Source: Candidatus Saccharimonadota bacterium (lineage in GTDB: Bacteria > Patescibacteriota > Saccharimonadia > Saccharimonadales > Saccharimonadaceae). Taken from it: a stretch of 32,000 nt of DNA. Every line of letters begins with the position of its first letter. The stretch's first letter is position 1. Made by a program: the position numbers and the translations under genes. This document shows, one piece after another, positions 7,201 to 16,210 of the stretch. The DNA is taken from contig CP006915.1 in the NCBI GenBank assembly GCA_000503915.1, positions 1 to 32,000 of the forward strand. Reading direction: 5' to 3'. The notes under the pieces are model-generated. The model had not been told where the DNA came from. It saw nothing but the letters and a program-made list of their open reading frames with translations, and searched no databases.

Positions 7201-7509
7201 ATGCAAAAGCAAAATCTTTTCATCGGTAGCCTCGCCTACTCTACGACTGACGACAGCCTCAAAGCGTTTTTTGAGACAGTTGGCCCAGTCGCTAGCGCAC
7301 GCGTTATCACCGACCGCGACTCAGGTCGTTCAAAGGGCTTTGGTTTCGTCGAATTCGAAAACGACAGCGACAACCAAAAAGCCGTTGACGAACTGAATGG
7401 TAAAGAGCTTGACGGTCGCGAGATCAATGTCAGCCTTGCCAAGCCAAAAGAAGACCGTCCTCGACGCGATTCAAACGGCGGCGGTTCATTCCGTCAGCGC
7501 AGCTGGTAA
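7201..7509 (+). CDS. RRM-type RNA-binding protein (glycine/arginine tail)
   Basis: 102 aa from ATG 7201. RNP-2 is LFIGSL and RNP-1 is KGFGFVEF, with a C-terminal RRDSNGGGSFRQRSW tail. The upstream in-frame extension from 7147 has no homology logic. Confidence 0.88.
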   Translation: MQKQNLFIGSLAYSTTDDSLKAFFETVGPVASARVITDRDSGRSKGFGFVEFENDSDNQKAVDELNGKELDGREINVSLAKPKEDRPRRDSNGGGSFRQRSW

Positions 7510-7529
7510 TCCAGCCTAGCAATAAAATG

Positions 7530-7558
7530 ACCTCTCAAAACGAGAGGTTATTTTATTT
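7530..7558. terminator. Bidirectional rho-independent terminator between the RRM gene and the PGPGW gene
   Basis: acctctc-aaaac-gagaggt followed by tattttattt and preceded by aataaaat. It overlaps the stop codon of the minus-strand gene (7553-7555). Confidence 0.75.
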
Positions 7559-7924
7559 AACGAATGGTGACTTCAGCCAATCAAAGCCAAGATTAAAGAG
7601 TTCGTTAATGAGCCCATAAGTGTTGAGCAGCCATAGGGTAAGAACGACGATAAGTGCCGTGCCAAGCAGCGTCAAGACACGAATTGACCAGTGCTGTCCA
7701 CGGATCCAATCGTTCCAGCGGTCATACTGCTCTCTTGCATAAACGTTCAACCGATGCGCCCAAGTAAATTCCTGCGCCAGAATCGTTAGTCCGGCAAAAA
7801 CGATCAGCCAGCCCGGCCCGGGATATGGAATGGCGACCACGCCTGCCAGCAGCACGATACCGCCCGCCACGCCGATGATTATTCGACGCGTGCGTGAGCT
7901 TTTTTCTGTCTCGTTATTTTTCAT
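7553..7924 (-). CDS. PGPGW-motif small membrane protein (PF09656-like)
   Basis: 123 aa from ATG 7924. Motif IPYPGPGWLIVFAGLTILAQEF, with 3-4 TM segments. The start overlaps the upstream stop by 11 nt (ATGAAAAATAA). Confidence 0.7.
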   Translation of the reverse strand: MKNNETEKSSRTRRIIIGVAGGIVLLAGVVAIPYPGPGWLIVFAGLTILAQEFTWAHRLNVYAREQYDRWNDWIRGQHWSIRVLTLLGTALIVVLTLWLLNTYGLINELFNLGFDWLKSPFVK

Positions 7925-8477
7925 CGATTTTCTCCATAAAGAACTCGCGGATAACGGCAAGCGGCCTCGCTTCAAGATAGCTTTTCCCGTCGTCCTCCTT
8001 GTTCAGCTCTGCGCGCGTTTTGCCACCGTAGCCATCGACACACCATATCGCATCGTAGCCGTAACCACCCGTCCCGCGCGGACTAGTAGCAATTTCACCG
8101 CTAGCTCCGCCTTCAAAATGTGTGAACGTCTCACCGTCAAAGTATGTCGTCATGACGACCGTATGTGCTCGTCTATTCGAAAATCCATCCAGCATACGGC
8201 AAAGCTTCTCAAGTCCTTCTCTCTCTTCAACAAAAAATTTGATAAATGGACCTGGTAAATTGCCGAGAGCATTAAAGAACAACCCGACATCCTCCACTAA
8301 AATCGGCCGCCGTAAGATGTCATATGCACGACGAGCTTTATCCTCGGTGATTTTTCGTAAATCGGTCGACTGGATCTCACCAAGATCCAGTTTGTGATGG
8401 TCAAATTCAATACCAATGAGTTTAGAGAAATAAGTAGTTTTATTCGGATTGCCGGTGACGAATACGGGTTTTACCAT
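7914..8477 (-). CDS. rdgB: Non-canonical purine NTP pyrophosphatase (RdgB/HAM1/ITPase family)
   Basis: 187 aa from ATG 8477. N-terminal VFVTGNPNK motif, then ..LVEDVGLFFNALGNLPGPFIKFF.. and GYGYD. The track ORF start at 8591 adds 38 residues with no homology. Confidence 0.8.
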   Translation of the reverse strand: MVKPVFVTGNPNKTTYFSKLIGIEFDHHKLDLGEIQSTDLRKITEDKARRAYDILRRPILVEDVGLFFNALGNLPGPFIKFFVEEREGLEKLCRMLDGFSNRRAHTVVMTTYFDGETFTHFEGGASGEIATSPRGTGGYGYDAIWCVDGYGGKTRAELNKEDDGKSYLEARPLAVIREFFMEKIDEK

Positions 8478-8484
8478 GTTGTTT

Positions 8485-8493
8485 AGTATAACA
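8485..8493 (-). promoter_or_regulatory. Extended -10 (TGtTATACT) 7 nt upstream of ATG 8477
   Basis: Minus strand reads TGTTATACT-aaacaac-ATG. Confidence 0.5.
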
Positions 8494-8507
8494 CTAGGAA
8501 ACGAGCG

Positions 8508-8529
8508 AAAAGCGAGCCGGTTCGCTTTT
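8508..8529. promoter_or_regulatory. 8-bp perfect inverted repeat centred between two divergent promoters
   Basis: AAAAGCGA-gccggt-TCGCTTTT. It lies between the -10 boxes at 8485-8490 (-) and 8571-8576 (+). Candidate operator. Confidence 0.35.
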
Positions 8530-8567
8530 GTACAACAACGACGTGTTATATCAATACGGCCGAGTAT

Positions 8568-8576
8568 TGATATACT
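8568..8576 (+). promoter_or_regulatory. Extended -10 (TGaTATACT) 7 nt upstream of ATG 8584
   Basis: atTGaTATACT-tgatatc-ATG. Confidence 0.5.
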
Positions 8577-8583
8577 TGATATC

Positions 8584-9174
8584 ATGTCCAATTATCCATC
8601 GATAGACCGGCTCGCCGAGCTGCAGCAGCTCATCGCCGATTTTGCCAAAGTCGAGCGCGTACCGCACCTCGCCGACAATGGCCGACCGGAAAACGACGTC
8701 GAGCACAGCTTCGGTCTCGCGCTTACTTGTTGGTATTTGCAACCAAAAATCGCCCCAGAGCTCGACTTACTCAAAATCCTCCAGTACGCTCTTGCCCACG
8801 ACATCGTTGAGCTTCACGCCGGCGATACTTATGTCTTTGATCTGGAAAAAGCTGCGTCAAAAGAAGAGCGTGAACGTGCAGCACTCGAGCAAATCTCCAA
8901 AGACTGGCACGACTTTCCTGAGTTAGTTGAGCATGCGAAAGACTACATGGATAAAGCAAACGAGGAGGCAAAGTTCGTCAAAGCCGTTGACAAGCTTCTA
9001 CCTGTTATCATGATTGATATCGGCCAAAAGCAAGTTTGGTGGCATAAATATAATGTCACACTTGAAATGGAACGCGAACATAAGAAAAGCATCCGAGTTT
9101 CCGACTATGTTTCACCGTATTATGAACAGCTTATCGAATGGCTCGACAAGAACGGCAATATTCCAAAATCGTAA
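8584..9174 (+). CDS. HD-domain phosphohydrolase (YfbR-like 5'-deoxynucleotidase family)
   Basis: 196 aa from ATG 8584. Motifs are ENDVEHSFGLAL (His...) and LAHDIVELHAGD (HD...D). Confidence 0.75.
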   Translation: MSNYPSIDRLAELQQLIADFAKVERVPHLADNGRPENDVEHSFGLALTCWYLQPKIAPELDLLKILQYALAHDIVELHAGDTYVFDLEKAASKEERERAALEQISKDWHDFPELVEHAKDYMDKANEEAKFVKAVDKLLPVIMIDIGQKQVWWHKYNVTLEMEREHKKSIRVSDYVSPYYEQLIEWLDKNGNIPKS

Positions 9175-9175
9175 G

Positions 9176-9919
9176 TTATTTCGTCCGGCGGCGCAGTGTC
9201 AGCGAGCCCAGCACAACTGTACCGACTACAAAAGCGAAGACCATCCAGACGTCCCGCCAGGCTTCGTTGGATAAATCAGCCTCGACTGCGACACGGTTGA
9301 GCGCATCGACGGCATATGTCAGCGGTAACCAGTAGGCGATTTTCTCCAGTAGATCCGGCATCTGACTAAGCGGTAATAGCAAGCCACAAACGAGGAACTG
9401 TGGGAAGATGAGTGCCGGCATAAATTGTACAGCCTGGAATTCGGTACGAGCAAAAGCGCTGACAAATAGTCCAAGCGTTACTCCCATCACAGCATCGGCT
9501 AGTGCTACCAAAACTACGAACCATTCTGGCCCGGCCACGTCCATACCAAGCAGCCAAATTGCTACCGCACTGGCGACGAGCGACTGCGCAATTGCCAGCA
9601 CGCCGAAGGCAATCGTATAGCCGACGATAATATCGAGCTTTGCAACGGGGGTTACCAGCACCCGCTCCAGTGTGCCACTCGTGCGCTCGCGCAGTGTGGT
9701 GATACTCGTTACTAAAAACATGATGGTGAATGGAAATAATCCAAGCAAGGCCGGCGCGATATGGTCAAAAACGGTCGGATTATCGCTAAATAGCCAGTAC
9801 AGTAGGCTCATCAGAACCACTGGTACAAGAAATATTAAGGCCACCGAGCGATGATCATGTGACAGCTGCCGCAAGATGCGATAGGCGGTAGCGAGGATAG
9901 CTTTTAAATGGTAGAACAT
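9176..9919 (-). CDS. ABC-2 type transporter permease
   Basis: 247 aa with 6 hydrophobic segments, the typical ABC-2 layout. Its start overlaps the ATPase stop by 1 nt (TAATG). Confidence 0.8.
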   Translation of the reverse strand: MFYHLKAILATAYRILRQLSHDHRSVALIFLVPVVLMSLLYWLFSDNPTVFDHIAPALLGLFPFTIMFLVTSITTLRERTSGTLERVLVTPVAKLDIIVGYTIAFGVLAIAQSLVASAVAIWLLGMDVAGPEWFVVLVALADAVMGVTLGLFVSAFARTEFQAVQFMPALIFPQFLVCGLLLPLSQMPDLLEKIAYWLPLTYAVDALNRVAVEADLSNEAWRDVWMVFAFVVGTVVLGSLTLRRRTK

Positions 9920-10626
9920 TAAGCAGCCTCCACCAGTTTCAAAAATGCCGCCTCAGTCGAGCGTGTTTTGGTGTGTCGTAATAGCTCTTCACGCGCCTCA
10001 GTCCACAGCAGCTTGCCGTCTCGCACCAGAATAACGTCATCGCAGCGATCAGCCTCATCCATAACATGACTCGAGATCAATATCGTCTTACCGCTATGCG
10101 CAAACCTACGAAACAGTTGCCACAGGCTATGGCGCAAGACCGGATCAAGTCCGACTGTCGGCTCATCAAGCACCAAAATATCGGGTTCGCCAAGCAGGGC
10201 TATCGCTAAGCTAACCCGCGCACGTTGACCGCCCGATAATGTCGCCGCGACTTGATTACGTTGCCCAGTGAGATCCACATGCTTGATGACTGTATCAATC
10301 GCCGCACGAGACGCATTGATAAGTGACGCGAAATAAGCAAGATTCTGGTACACGGTCAGGTCTTCGTATACCGATGAACTCTGGGGTACATAACCTATGC
10401 GTCCACGTAGCTCAGAGCTTCCTGCCGCTAGATCGTCAATGGCCAGACTGCCGGAAGTTGGGATCTGTATGCCGACAATCGCGCGCATCATCGTGGTTTT
10501 GCCGGCACCACTCGGACCGATTAAACCAACTAACCTGCCTGGTTTAACATTAAAATTAATCGCTTTTAAGATCTTATTGCCATTTTTTTCAACGACTAGC
10601 TTCCGTCCGACAATGCCACTGTTCAT
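9919..10626 (-). CDS. ABC transporter ATP-binding protein (partner of the ABC-2 permease)
   Basis: 235 aa from ATG 10626. Walker A GPSGAGKTT, signature LSGGQRARV, Walker B ILVLDEPT, and an H-loop SSH. Confidence 0.9.
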   Translation of the reverse strand: MNSGIVGRKLVVEKNGNKILKAINFNVKPGRLVGLIGPSGAGKTTMMRAIVGIQIPTSGSLAIDDLAAGSSELRGRIGYVPQSSSVYEDLTVYQNLAYFASLINASRAAIDTVIKHVDLTGQRNQVAATLSGGQRARVSLAIALLGEPDILVLDEPTVGLDPVLRHSLWQLFRRFAHSGKTILISSHVMDEADRCDDVILVRDGKLLWTEAREELLRHTKTRSTEAAFLKLVEAA

Positions 10627-10630
10627 AGGA

Positions 10631-10879
10631 TTATTGTACACCCGCCTCAACCACGTATTCAAAGCGTGGCCTCGTTTCTCCATTCAGCTCAACGGCTTGG
10701 GTAAACATATCGTATGGGCGAACAAACAATTCATATTTCGTATCGTAGAGCGGCCGATACACCACCAGCTGCTCCGATGTTTCACTGTGCAGCGCAACGC
10801 CGATCACTTCATAGAGGTTTCCCGTTTTACTATGACGATAGGTTCCTTTTTGAATAACTTTCGGCTCAGCGTCACTCAT
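10631..10879 (-). CDS. DUF1653 domain protein
   Basis: 82 aa. The stretch GTYRHSKTGNLYEVIGVALHSETSEQLVVYRPLY....FVRPYDMF matches the DUF1653 pattern as I remember it. Confidence 0.7.
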   Translation of the reverse strand: MSDAEPKVIQKGTYRHSKTGNLYEVIGVALHSETSEQLVVYRPLYDTKYELFVRPYDMFTQAVELNGETRPRFEYVVEAGVQ

Positions 10880-11286
10880 ACATCTTCCTCGTCACTTAAC
10901 TCAGGGTACTTGTTCGGTTCACCACGATAGTAATTTATCCATTCATCACCCTGCTCAAGCATAATTTTCTCAACAAATATCCCGCTCGAGAAGCCGCCTT
11001 TTTCCTCCAGCTTTTCGAGGCGGCGACTCTCGATTTCTTCCTCTGAGATACCGGCAATCGCCGCAAAGTCGAGCGCAATCTGTCGTTTATCGGCCAGCTC
11101 ATCGGTCATTTTTACCCTATCACCAATAGCTGCGCGTAGTTCCCCCGTCTCCTCATCGTCTTTATCGAGCAGTGCTCCAAGCAACGCTATCTCACTAAGC
11201 TGACGCGACATAATACGTTGATGCAGCGAACCATACATTTCTGGAAGTTTGTCGCGGATTAGTTTGTTGAACTGGAATATCGGCAT
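10876..11286 (-). CDS. MazG-like / all-alpha NTP pyrophosphohydrolase family protein
   Basis: 136 aa from ATG 11286. N-terminal FNKLIRDKLPE, acidic metal motifs EETGE and DELAD, and C-terminal EKGGF. ATGA overlap with the downstream gene. Confidence 0.62.
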   Translation of the reverse strand: MPIFQFNKLIRDKLPEMYGSLHQRIMSRQLSEIALLGALLDKDDEETGELRAAIGDRVKMTDELADKRQIALDFAAIAGISEEEIESRRLEKLEEKGGFSSGIFVEKIMLEQGDEWINYYRGEPNKYPELSDEEDV

Positions 11287-11287
11287 A

Positions 11288-11614
11288 CTACAGATCCTCT
11301 TCATCGAATAGCGGATAGATATCAAACGCGACTTCTTCGTAAGGGTGAGTTTCTTTCATAGCAGCAATCACATTCTTTGCATCTTCACGCTCACAGACGA
11401 CTTCGATACGCTCTTCTTCGACCACCTCCGACTTGCCGGGCTCGCCAATGTGCGGACTTGCGTTCGCACCTGGCACAAACCTTCCCTTGCCAACCACGGA
11501 GTAACTACAGAAGCTATATTCACCGATCTTACCGGCACCCGCCACGCCTAATGCGCGGCGCACCTTGTCGGCACTCTCTATTGGCACGAAAGTGACAACC
11601 TTAACTCTACTCAT
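11288..11614 (-). CDS. Stand-alone NIF3/YqfO insert-domain-like (PII-like fold) protein
   Basis: 108 aa. VKVVTFVPIESADKVRRAL..AGAGKIGEYSFCSY...GRF.P..GA.P.IGE.G....VEE.RIEVVC......VIAAMKETHPYEEVAFDIYPL resembles the domain inserted in YqfO/NIF3 proteins. Confidence 0.65.
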   Translation of the reverse strand: MSRVKVVTFVPIESADKVRRALGVAGAGKIGEYSFCSYSVVGKGRFVPGANASPHIGEPGKSEVVEEERIEVVCEREDAKNVIAAMKETHPYEEVAFDIYPLFDEEDL

Positions 11615-13623
11615 AGTAGTTCCACCAGTTCTTTTTCATTAATAATCTTCGTTCCGTAGCTCTCAGCATTTTTCAATTTCGATGCTCCTACTTTGCCACC
11701 AGCGACGAGGTAGGTCGTGTCTTTGGCCACCGAGCTCTGGAAAGTACCGCCAAGCGCACGAATTTTTTCAGCGGCCTCATCGCGGCTCATTGATTCTAGC
11801 GTACCGGTAATGACAAAACTTTTGCCTTCCAGTTTGCCCGTTTTCTTTTCAAACTGCGGCTTAACACCGAGCTTTTTAAACTTGTCGAGCAGAGCGAGGT
11901 TGTCTTCGTCTGCAAACCAGGCGGCGATGCTTTCAGCTACCACGTCACCAACGCCATCGACATTTCTCAGCTCATCGATAGTCGCATGTGCCAGCTTATC
12001 AAGATTGCCAAACGTATTCACCAAGTCAATCGCTGTCTGAATGCCAACGTGACGGATACCGAGCCCGTAGACGAAACGCTCCAGCGGCGGCTGCTTTTTA
12101 TCAGCAATCCCATCGATCAGCTTCAGGGCAGAAATCTCGGCAAAGCGTTCGAGTTTCAGTAAGTCATCTTTCTGTAATTCATAAATATCAGCTAAATCGT
12201 GCACTAAACCAGCATCAACCAACGCTTCAACATTTTTTTCGCCGAGCGTGTCAATATCGAGTGCACCTTTAGACGCAAAATGCTGCAAGGCACGCTTTAA
12301 AAGCAGCGGACCAGTTGCACCTTTCACACGGTAGACCGCTTCACCTTCCGGCCTTTCAAACTCGAGCTCCGGATACTGGCGCTTTAGTTCCGCTGGATAA
12401 TCAAACGGCTTGGTGCCTTTTGGTCGAAGCTCCGAAAGTACTCGCTCGACCTGCGGTATGATATCGCCCGCCTTGAAAATAATCACCGTGTCACCAACGC
12501 GTATATCTTTCCGAGCAATTTCATCGGCGTTGTGAAGACTGGCGTGCTGCACCGTCGTGCCGGCGACATTGACTGGCTGAAACACCGCCACCGGCGTGGC
12601 GGCACCGGTCCGGCCAATCGAAATAACGATGTCTTCGACAACAGTCGTCGTTTCTTCAGCCGGGTACTTATAGGCAATCGCGCCACGCGGACTCTTGCCG
12701 ACAACACCGAGTTCGTTGAACTGGGCACGGTTATTGATCTTGACGACGAGGCCATCGGTATTGAAGCGAAAGCCCAGCCGCTTGTCATCCAGTTCATCGA
12801 CATAGCCCATGATCTCATCGACACTCGTCATGACGCGTGTCTGCCCACTGGTTGTAATCCCAAGCTCAGCCATCATGGCATATCCGACCGCGTTTGTCGG
12901 CACATCATCCGGCTCATCGCGCAAAATATCATAGCCGACGAAATGCAGCGGCCGCTCGGCTACCAGTCGTGGATCGAGTTGACGAATCGTCCCGGCCGCC
13001 AGATTGCGAGGGTTTTTAAACAGCGGCTGCCCGGCTTTCTCACGTTTCTCGTTGAGGCGAGCGAAATCGTCTTTATACATGACGATTTCACCGCGAATCT
13101 CTGTGCGGCCGCGTAAGAGATGAGCGTATCTTTGATTGCCACGAAGCCGCAAAGGAACATTTTCAATCGTGCGCACATTCATAGTTACGTCCTCACCCAC
13201 ACGACTATCACCACGCGTCACTGCCTGGACGAGCACGCCGTCTTCATAAATCACGGCACATGCCAGTCCATCCATCTTGATATCACAGATGAACTCGTGC
13301 TTTGCGCCGGGCAGGAGCTTATCCATCCGTTTTATCCATGCTTCGATTTCTTCGCGATTAAAGACATCGTTCAACGATATCATCGGCACACGATGTGTCA
13401 CCTTTTGAAATTTATCGAGTGCGATACCGGCGACACGCTGCGTCGGGCTGTCGGATGTAACCAACTCCGGGTGCGCCTCCTCAAGCTGTGATAGCTCGTG
13501 CTTCAAACTATCGGCGGCCGCTTCACTCATGGTCGATTCGTTGAGTACATGGTAATGGTAGCGGTAGTCATTGATCAGTTTTTTTAGCTGATTAATCCGT
13601 TCTTTAGGCTGGTTTTGCGTCAT
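11611..13623 (-). CDS. ligA: NAD-dependent DNA ligase
   Basis: 670 aa from ATG 13623. Adenylation motif CDIKMDGLA, OB fold, HhH repeats, and a C-terminal BRCT (GKSFVITGTL...). The chosen start gives the usual approximately 10-residue lead before the RINQLKKLINDYRYHYH helix. It overlaps the upstream gene by 20 nt. Confidence 0.93.
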   Translation of the reverse strand: MTQNQPKERINQLKKLINDYRYHYHVLNESTMSEAAADSLKHELSQLEEAHPELVTSDSPTQRVAGIALDKFQKVTHRVPMISLNDVFNREEIEAWIKRMDKLLPGAKHEFICDIKMDGLACAVIYEDGVLVQAVTRGDSRVGEDVTMNVRTIENVPLRLRGNQRYAHLLRGRTEIRGEIVMYKDDFARLNEKREKAGQPLFKNPRNLAAGTIRQLDPRLVAERPLHFVGYDILRDEPDDVPTNAVGYAMMAELGITTSGQTRVMTSVDEIMGYVDELDDKRLGFRFNTDGLVVKINNRAQFNELGVVGKSPRGAIAYKYPAEETTTVVEDIVISIGRTGAATPVAVFQPVNVAGTTVQHASLHNADEIARKDIRVGDTVIIFKAGDIIPQVERVLSELRPKGTKPFDYPAELKRQYPELEFERPEGEAVYRVKGATGPLLLKRALQHFASKGALDIDTLGEKNVEALVDAGLVHDLADIYELQKDDLLKLERFAEISALKLIDGIADKKQPPLERFVYGLGIRHVGIQTAIDLVNTFGNLDKLAHATIDELRNVDGVGDVVAESIAAWFADEDNLALLDKFKKLGVKPQFEKKTGKLEGKSFVITGTLESMSRDEAAEKIRALGGTFQSSVAKDTTYLVAGGKVGASKLKNAESYGTKIINEKELVELL

Positions 13624-14698
13624 CGTCAACAACCTTTCGATACAATAGATAGACATAGCTAGCACTCCAGACCGTTGCTATCGATGTGACGACCAGAATA
13701 GCCAGCGGCACGATCGGAACATTATCCAGCCACGAAGCCATCGACACCAGCCAATGGTTGAGCAGGATAATCGGCAGCATGATGACGATCCAGCCGATGC
13801 CAACCAGTAATGCTAGCCACACAAAACGCAGTAAAATGCGAAGACGACGCCCCACCACGAGGTCACCTGCCGCACGTACCGCTTGCATCGGATACATACC
13901 AGGAAGCGTTACGATAATCAGCGCCAAGATCGTACCCGAAATCCAATAGAGCGATAGCACGGTAAGTAGCCCAACCACCAGCCAGAAAATCATGCCAATA
14001 ATACCGTTCGATAAGAAGTCTGTGGCGAAGGCCACGCTGACACCGAGCGCCGCCAAGGCAAAGGGGGCGAGCTGGAAAAACAGCAGTACGAGCACTAAAA
14101 ATGTCGGCACGATCGGCGAACCGCTATTATAAATACCTTCTCTTAGCCTCGGCGTATGGCCGCTCAAGATAGCCCGGATCAGCCATACCGTTGTCAGCCA
14201 CGTCACTAGCACGATTAACACACTGTAGACTTGCTGGGCATCGGTGAGCTGCGGCGCGAAACTACCGCCAATCGCAGAGATTAGCAGCAGGCTCGCCTTG
14301 CCTATCTCCCCCCATGCGCCCGTCAAAATATCGGCGCCGGTCTGCTGAAGCAGGTCGCTCATCTCGGCGTAGGTTGATTGCAATGAGATGCCGACGAAGA
14401 CACCAGAAATCACGGCATAAAATAGTACCAATAGGCCAAATAGTTTTTTGTAACGCCAGAGCAGCCGCCAAACCTCGATAGTAAATGCAAAATAGCCCGG
14501 CAACGCGAATGAGCGGACATAATCTCGCCGACGAGTTCGCCGAAAACTACGGTGTGGCCGACGCACCAGGAAAGTGCCGATACGACGGTGTAGCTTCTCG
14601 TAAGGGCGCAGGAAAACCTTGTACCAGCGCTGCGAGCGGCTTAGCTTCTTCTTGACGACAGGCCTTTTCTTTGTGGAGGCAGCGCTACGGTCCGACAT
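13604..14698 (-). CDS. Hypothetical polytopic membrane protein with strongly basic N-terminal region
   Basis: 364 aa. The first approximately 65 residues are Lys/Arg-rich (KKRPVVKKKLSRSQR...RRTRRRDYVR), followed by about 7 hydrophobic segments. No family recognised. Confidence 0.6.
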   Translation of the reverse strand: MSDRSAASTKKRPVVKKKLSRSQRWYKVFLRPYEKLHRRIGTFLVRRPHRSFRRTRRRDYVRSFALPGYFAFTIEVWRLLWRYKKLFGLLVLFYAVISGVFVGISLQSTYAEMSDLLQQTGADILTGAWGEIGKASLLLISAIGGSFAPQLTDAQQVYSVLIVLVTWLTTVWLIRAILSGHTPRLREGIYNSGSPIVPTFLVLVLLFFQLAPFALAALGVSVAFATDFLSNGIIGMIFWLVVGLLTVLSLYWISGTILALIIVTLPGMYPMQAVRAAGDLVVGRRLRILLRFVWLALLVGIGWIVIMLPIILLNHWLVSMASWLDNVPIVPLAILVVTSIATVWSASYVYLLYRKVVDDDAKPA

Positions 14699-14702
14699 AG
14701 CG

Positions 14703-15578
14703 CTAGAACTTACCGGTCATTTCCCGGAGACGTTTTACACGGTCTTCAATCGGCGGATGTGTACTAAATAGTTTTGCGAGACTCGCACCCTTCAGTGGGT
14801 TCGCAAAAAACAGATGTGCCGATGAACTGTTTTGTCGCTTCAGTCCCGACCCAACCTGGCCGATCTTTTCAAGTGCCGTCGCTAGCGCCTCTGGATCCCG
14901 TGTCGTCATGGCACCAGTAGCATCGGCTAGATATTCACGTTGCCGGGAGATCGCAAACTGGACAAGCATAGCAATGATCGGCGCTACAATAGCAGCCACG
15001 ATGCCAATCACCAGAAATATTGGCGACGAATTACGATCACGACTGTCGCTAAACCACAACATGCGAAGGAAGATATCAGCCAGTAGCCCGATTGCACTGA
15101 CAAGTCCAAAAACAATCATCATGACACGAATGTCAAAATTCTTGACGTGTCCCATCTCGTGCGCCATGACCGCTTCAAGTTCCCGGTCGCTCATCAGCTC
15201 GACGATACCAGTCGTAGCCGCAACATAAGCATGCTTCGGATCACGTCCGGTTGCAAAAGCGTTCGGAGCCGGATCATCGATCAGATAGACCTTTGGCATC
15301 GGCATGCCATTGGTGATCGACAGGTTTTCAACGATACGATACAGCTTTGGGTTATCACGCTTTGCTATCTCATGAGCTCCGTTGACAGCCAGCGCTAGTT
15401 TCGCTGCCGCAAAGTACTGAATGAGCGCATACACGCTGGCACCAACCAATGTACCCCAGAAAATTCCCGTACTGCCGTAGACCTGAGAAAATACATACCC
15501 CAGGCCAGTGACAATCACGATGAAGACCAGCATGATAAACACCGTATTTCGTTTGTTAGCAGCAATAGCGTTATACAT
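14703..15578 (-). CDS. htpX: Zinc metalloprotease HtpX (M48 family)
   Basis: 291 aa with HEMGHVKN zinc motif, 4 TM segments, and a C-terminal STHPPIEDR. Confidence 0.92.
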   Translation of the reverse strand: MYNAIAANKRNTVFIMLVFIVIVTGLGYVFSQVYGSTGIFWGTLVGASVYALIQYFAAAKLALAVNGAHEIAKRDNPKLYRIVENLSITNGMPMPKVYLIDDPAPNAFATGRDPKHAYVAATTGIVELMSDRELEAVMAHEMGHVKNFDIRVMMIVFGLVSAIGLLADIFLRMLWFSDSRDRNSSPIFLVIGIVAAIVAPIIAMLVQFAISRQREYLADATGAMTTRDPEALATALEKIGQVGSGLKRQNSSSAHLFFANPLKGASLAKLFSTHPPIEDRVKRLREMTGKF

Positions 15579-15611
15579 AAGGCCCGCGAATACCCTCTAC
15601 AAAAATAATGG

Positions 15612-16175
15612 TTAGAATTTTACGTCGACTGGTTTTTCAACGCTTGCCATGTCCTCAACTTCAAAGAACTCACGTTGTTTGAAACCAAACATACCAGCAA
15701 TCACATTGGAAGGAAACTGCTGAATACGAGTGTTGAGGTCACGTGTGCCACCGTTGTAAAAGCGGCGAGCTGCTTGGATTTTGTCTTCGGTGTCCACCAG
15801 TTCTTCCTGCAGCTTCTGGAAGTTTTCACTGGCACGAAGCTGTGGGTAGGCTTCCGAAACGGCAAATAGGCTTTTTAGAGCACCCTCAAACTGGTTTTCA
15901 GCGGCCGCCGTCTCTTTTGGACCTTTCCCTGTCGCCGAAAGCACATTGGCACGCGCTTCGGTAACGTCTTGGAACACCTTCTTTTCATGAGCCGCGTAGC
16001 CCTTGACTGCTTCAACAAGATTTGGGATCAGGTCAGCTCGACGTTTGAGCTGCACGGTGATATCGCTCCACGCCTCTTCGACGCGGACTTTGAGTTGTAC
16101 CAAGCCGTTGTAGGTAAGCCACACAAACAGCGCTAAGACAACTACTACTGCCAGAATAATCCACCATACTACCAT
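15612..16175 (-). CDS. lemA: LemA family protein
   Basis: 187 aa with an N-terminal TM helix. YNGLV.L...VEEAWSDI.VQLKRR.DLIPNLV and a C-terminal FP.N..A..FGF are typical of LemA. SD AAGGGG lies about 7 nt upstream. Confidence 0.9.
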   Translation of the reverse strand: MVVWWIILAVVVVLALFVWLTYNGLVQLKVRVEEAWSDITVQLKRRADLIPNLVEAVKGYAAHEKKVFQDVTEARANVLSATGKGPKETAAAENQFEGALKSLFAVSEAYPQLRASENFQKLQEELVDTEDKIQAARRFYNGGTRDLNTRIQQFPSNVIAGMFGFKQREFFEVEDMASVEKPVDVKF

Positions 16176-16210
16176 TTCAAGACCCCTTTGCTACTTAAAT
16201 TGCTGCTTGC

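Noticed and set aside
12532-13116. 194-aa plus-strand ORF antisense to ligA (likewise 10397..10930, 24273..24806 and 28377..28901 inside other genes)
   Set aside because: Each lies wholly inside a gene with strong family motifs on the other strand or frame. Their compositions are Arg/Ser/Pro-biased, as expected for off-frame translation, and I saw no conserved motifs.
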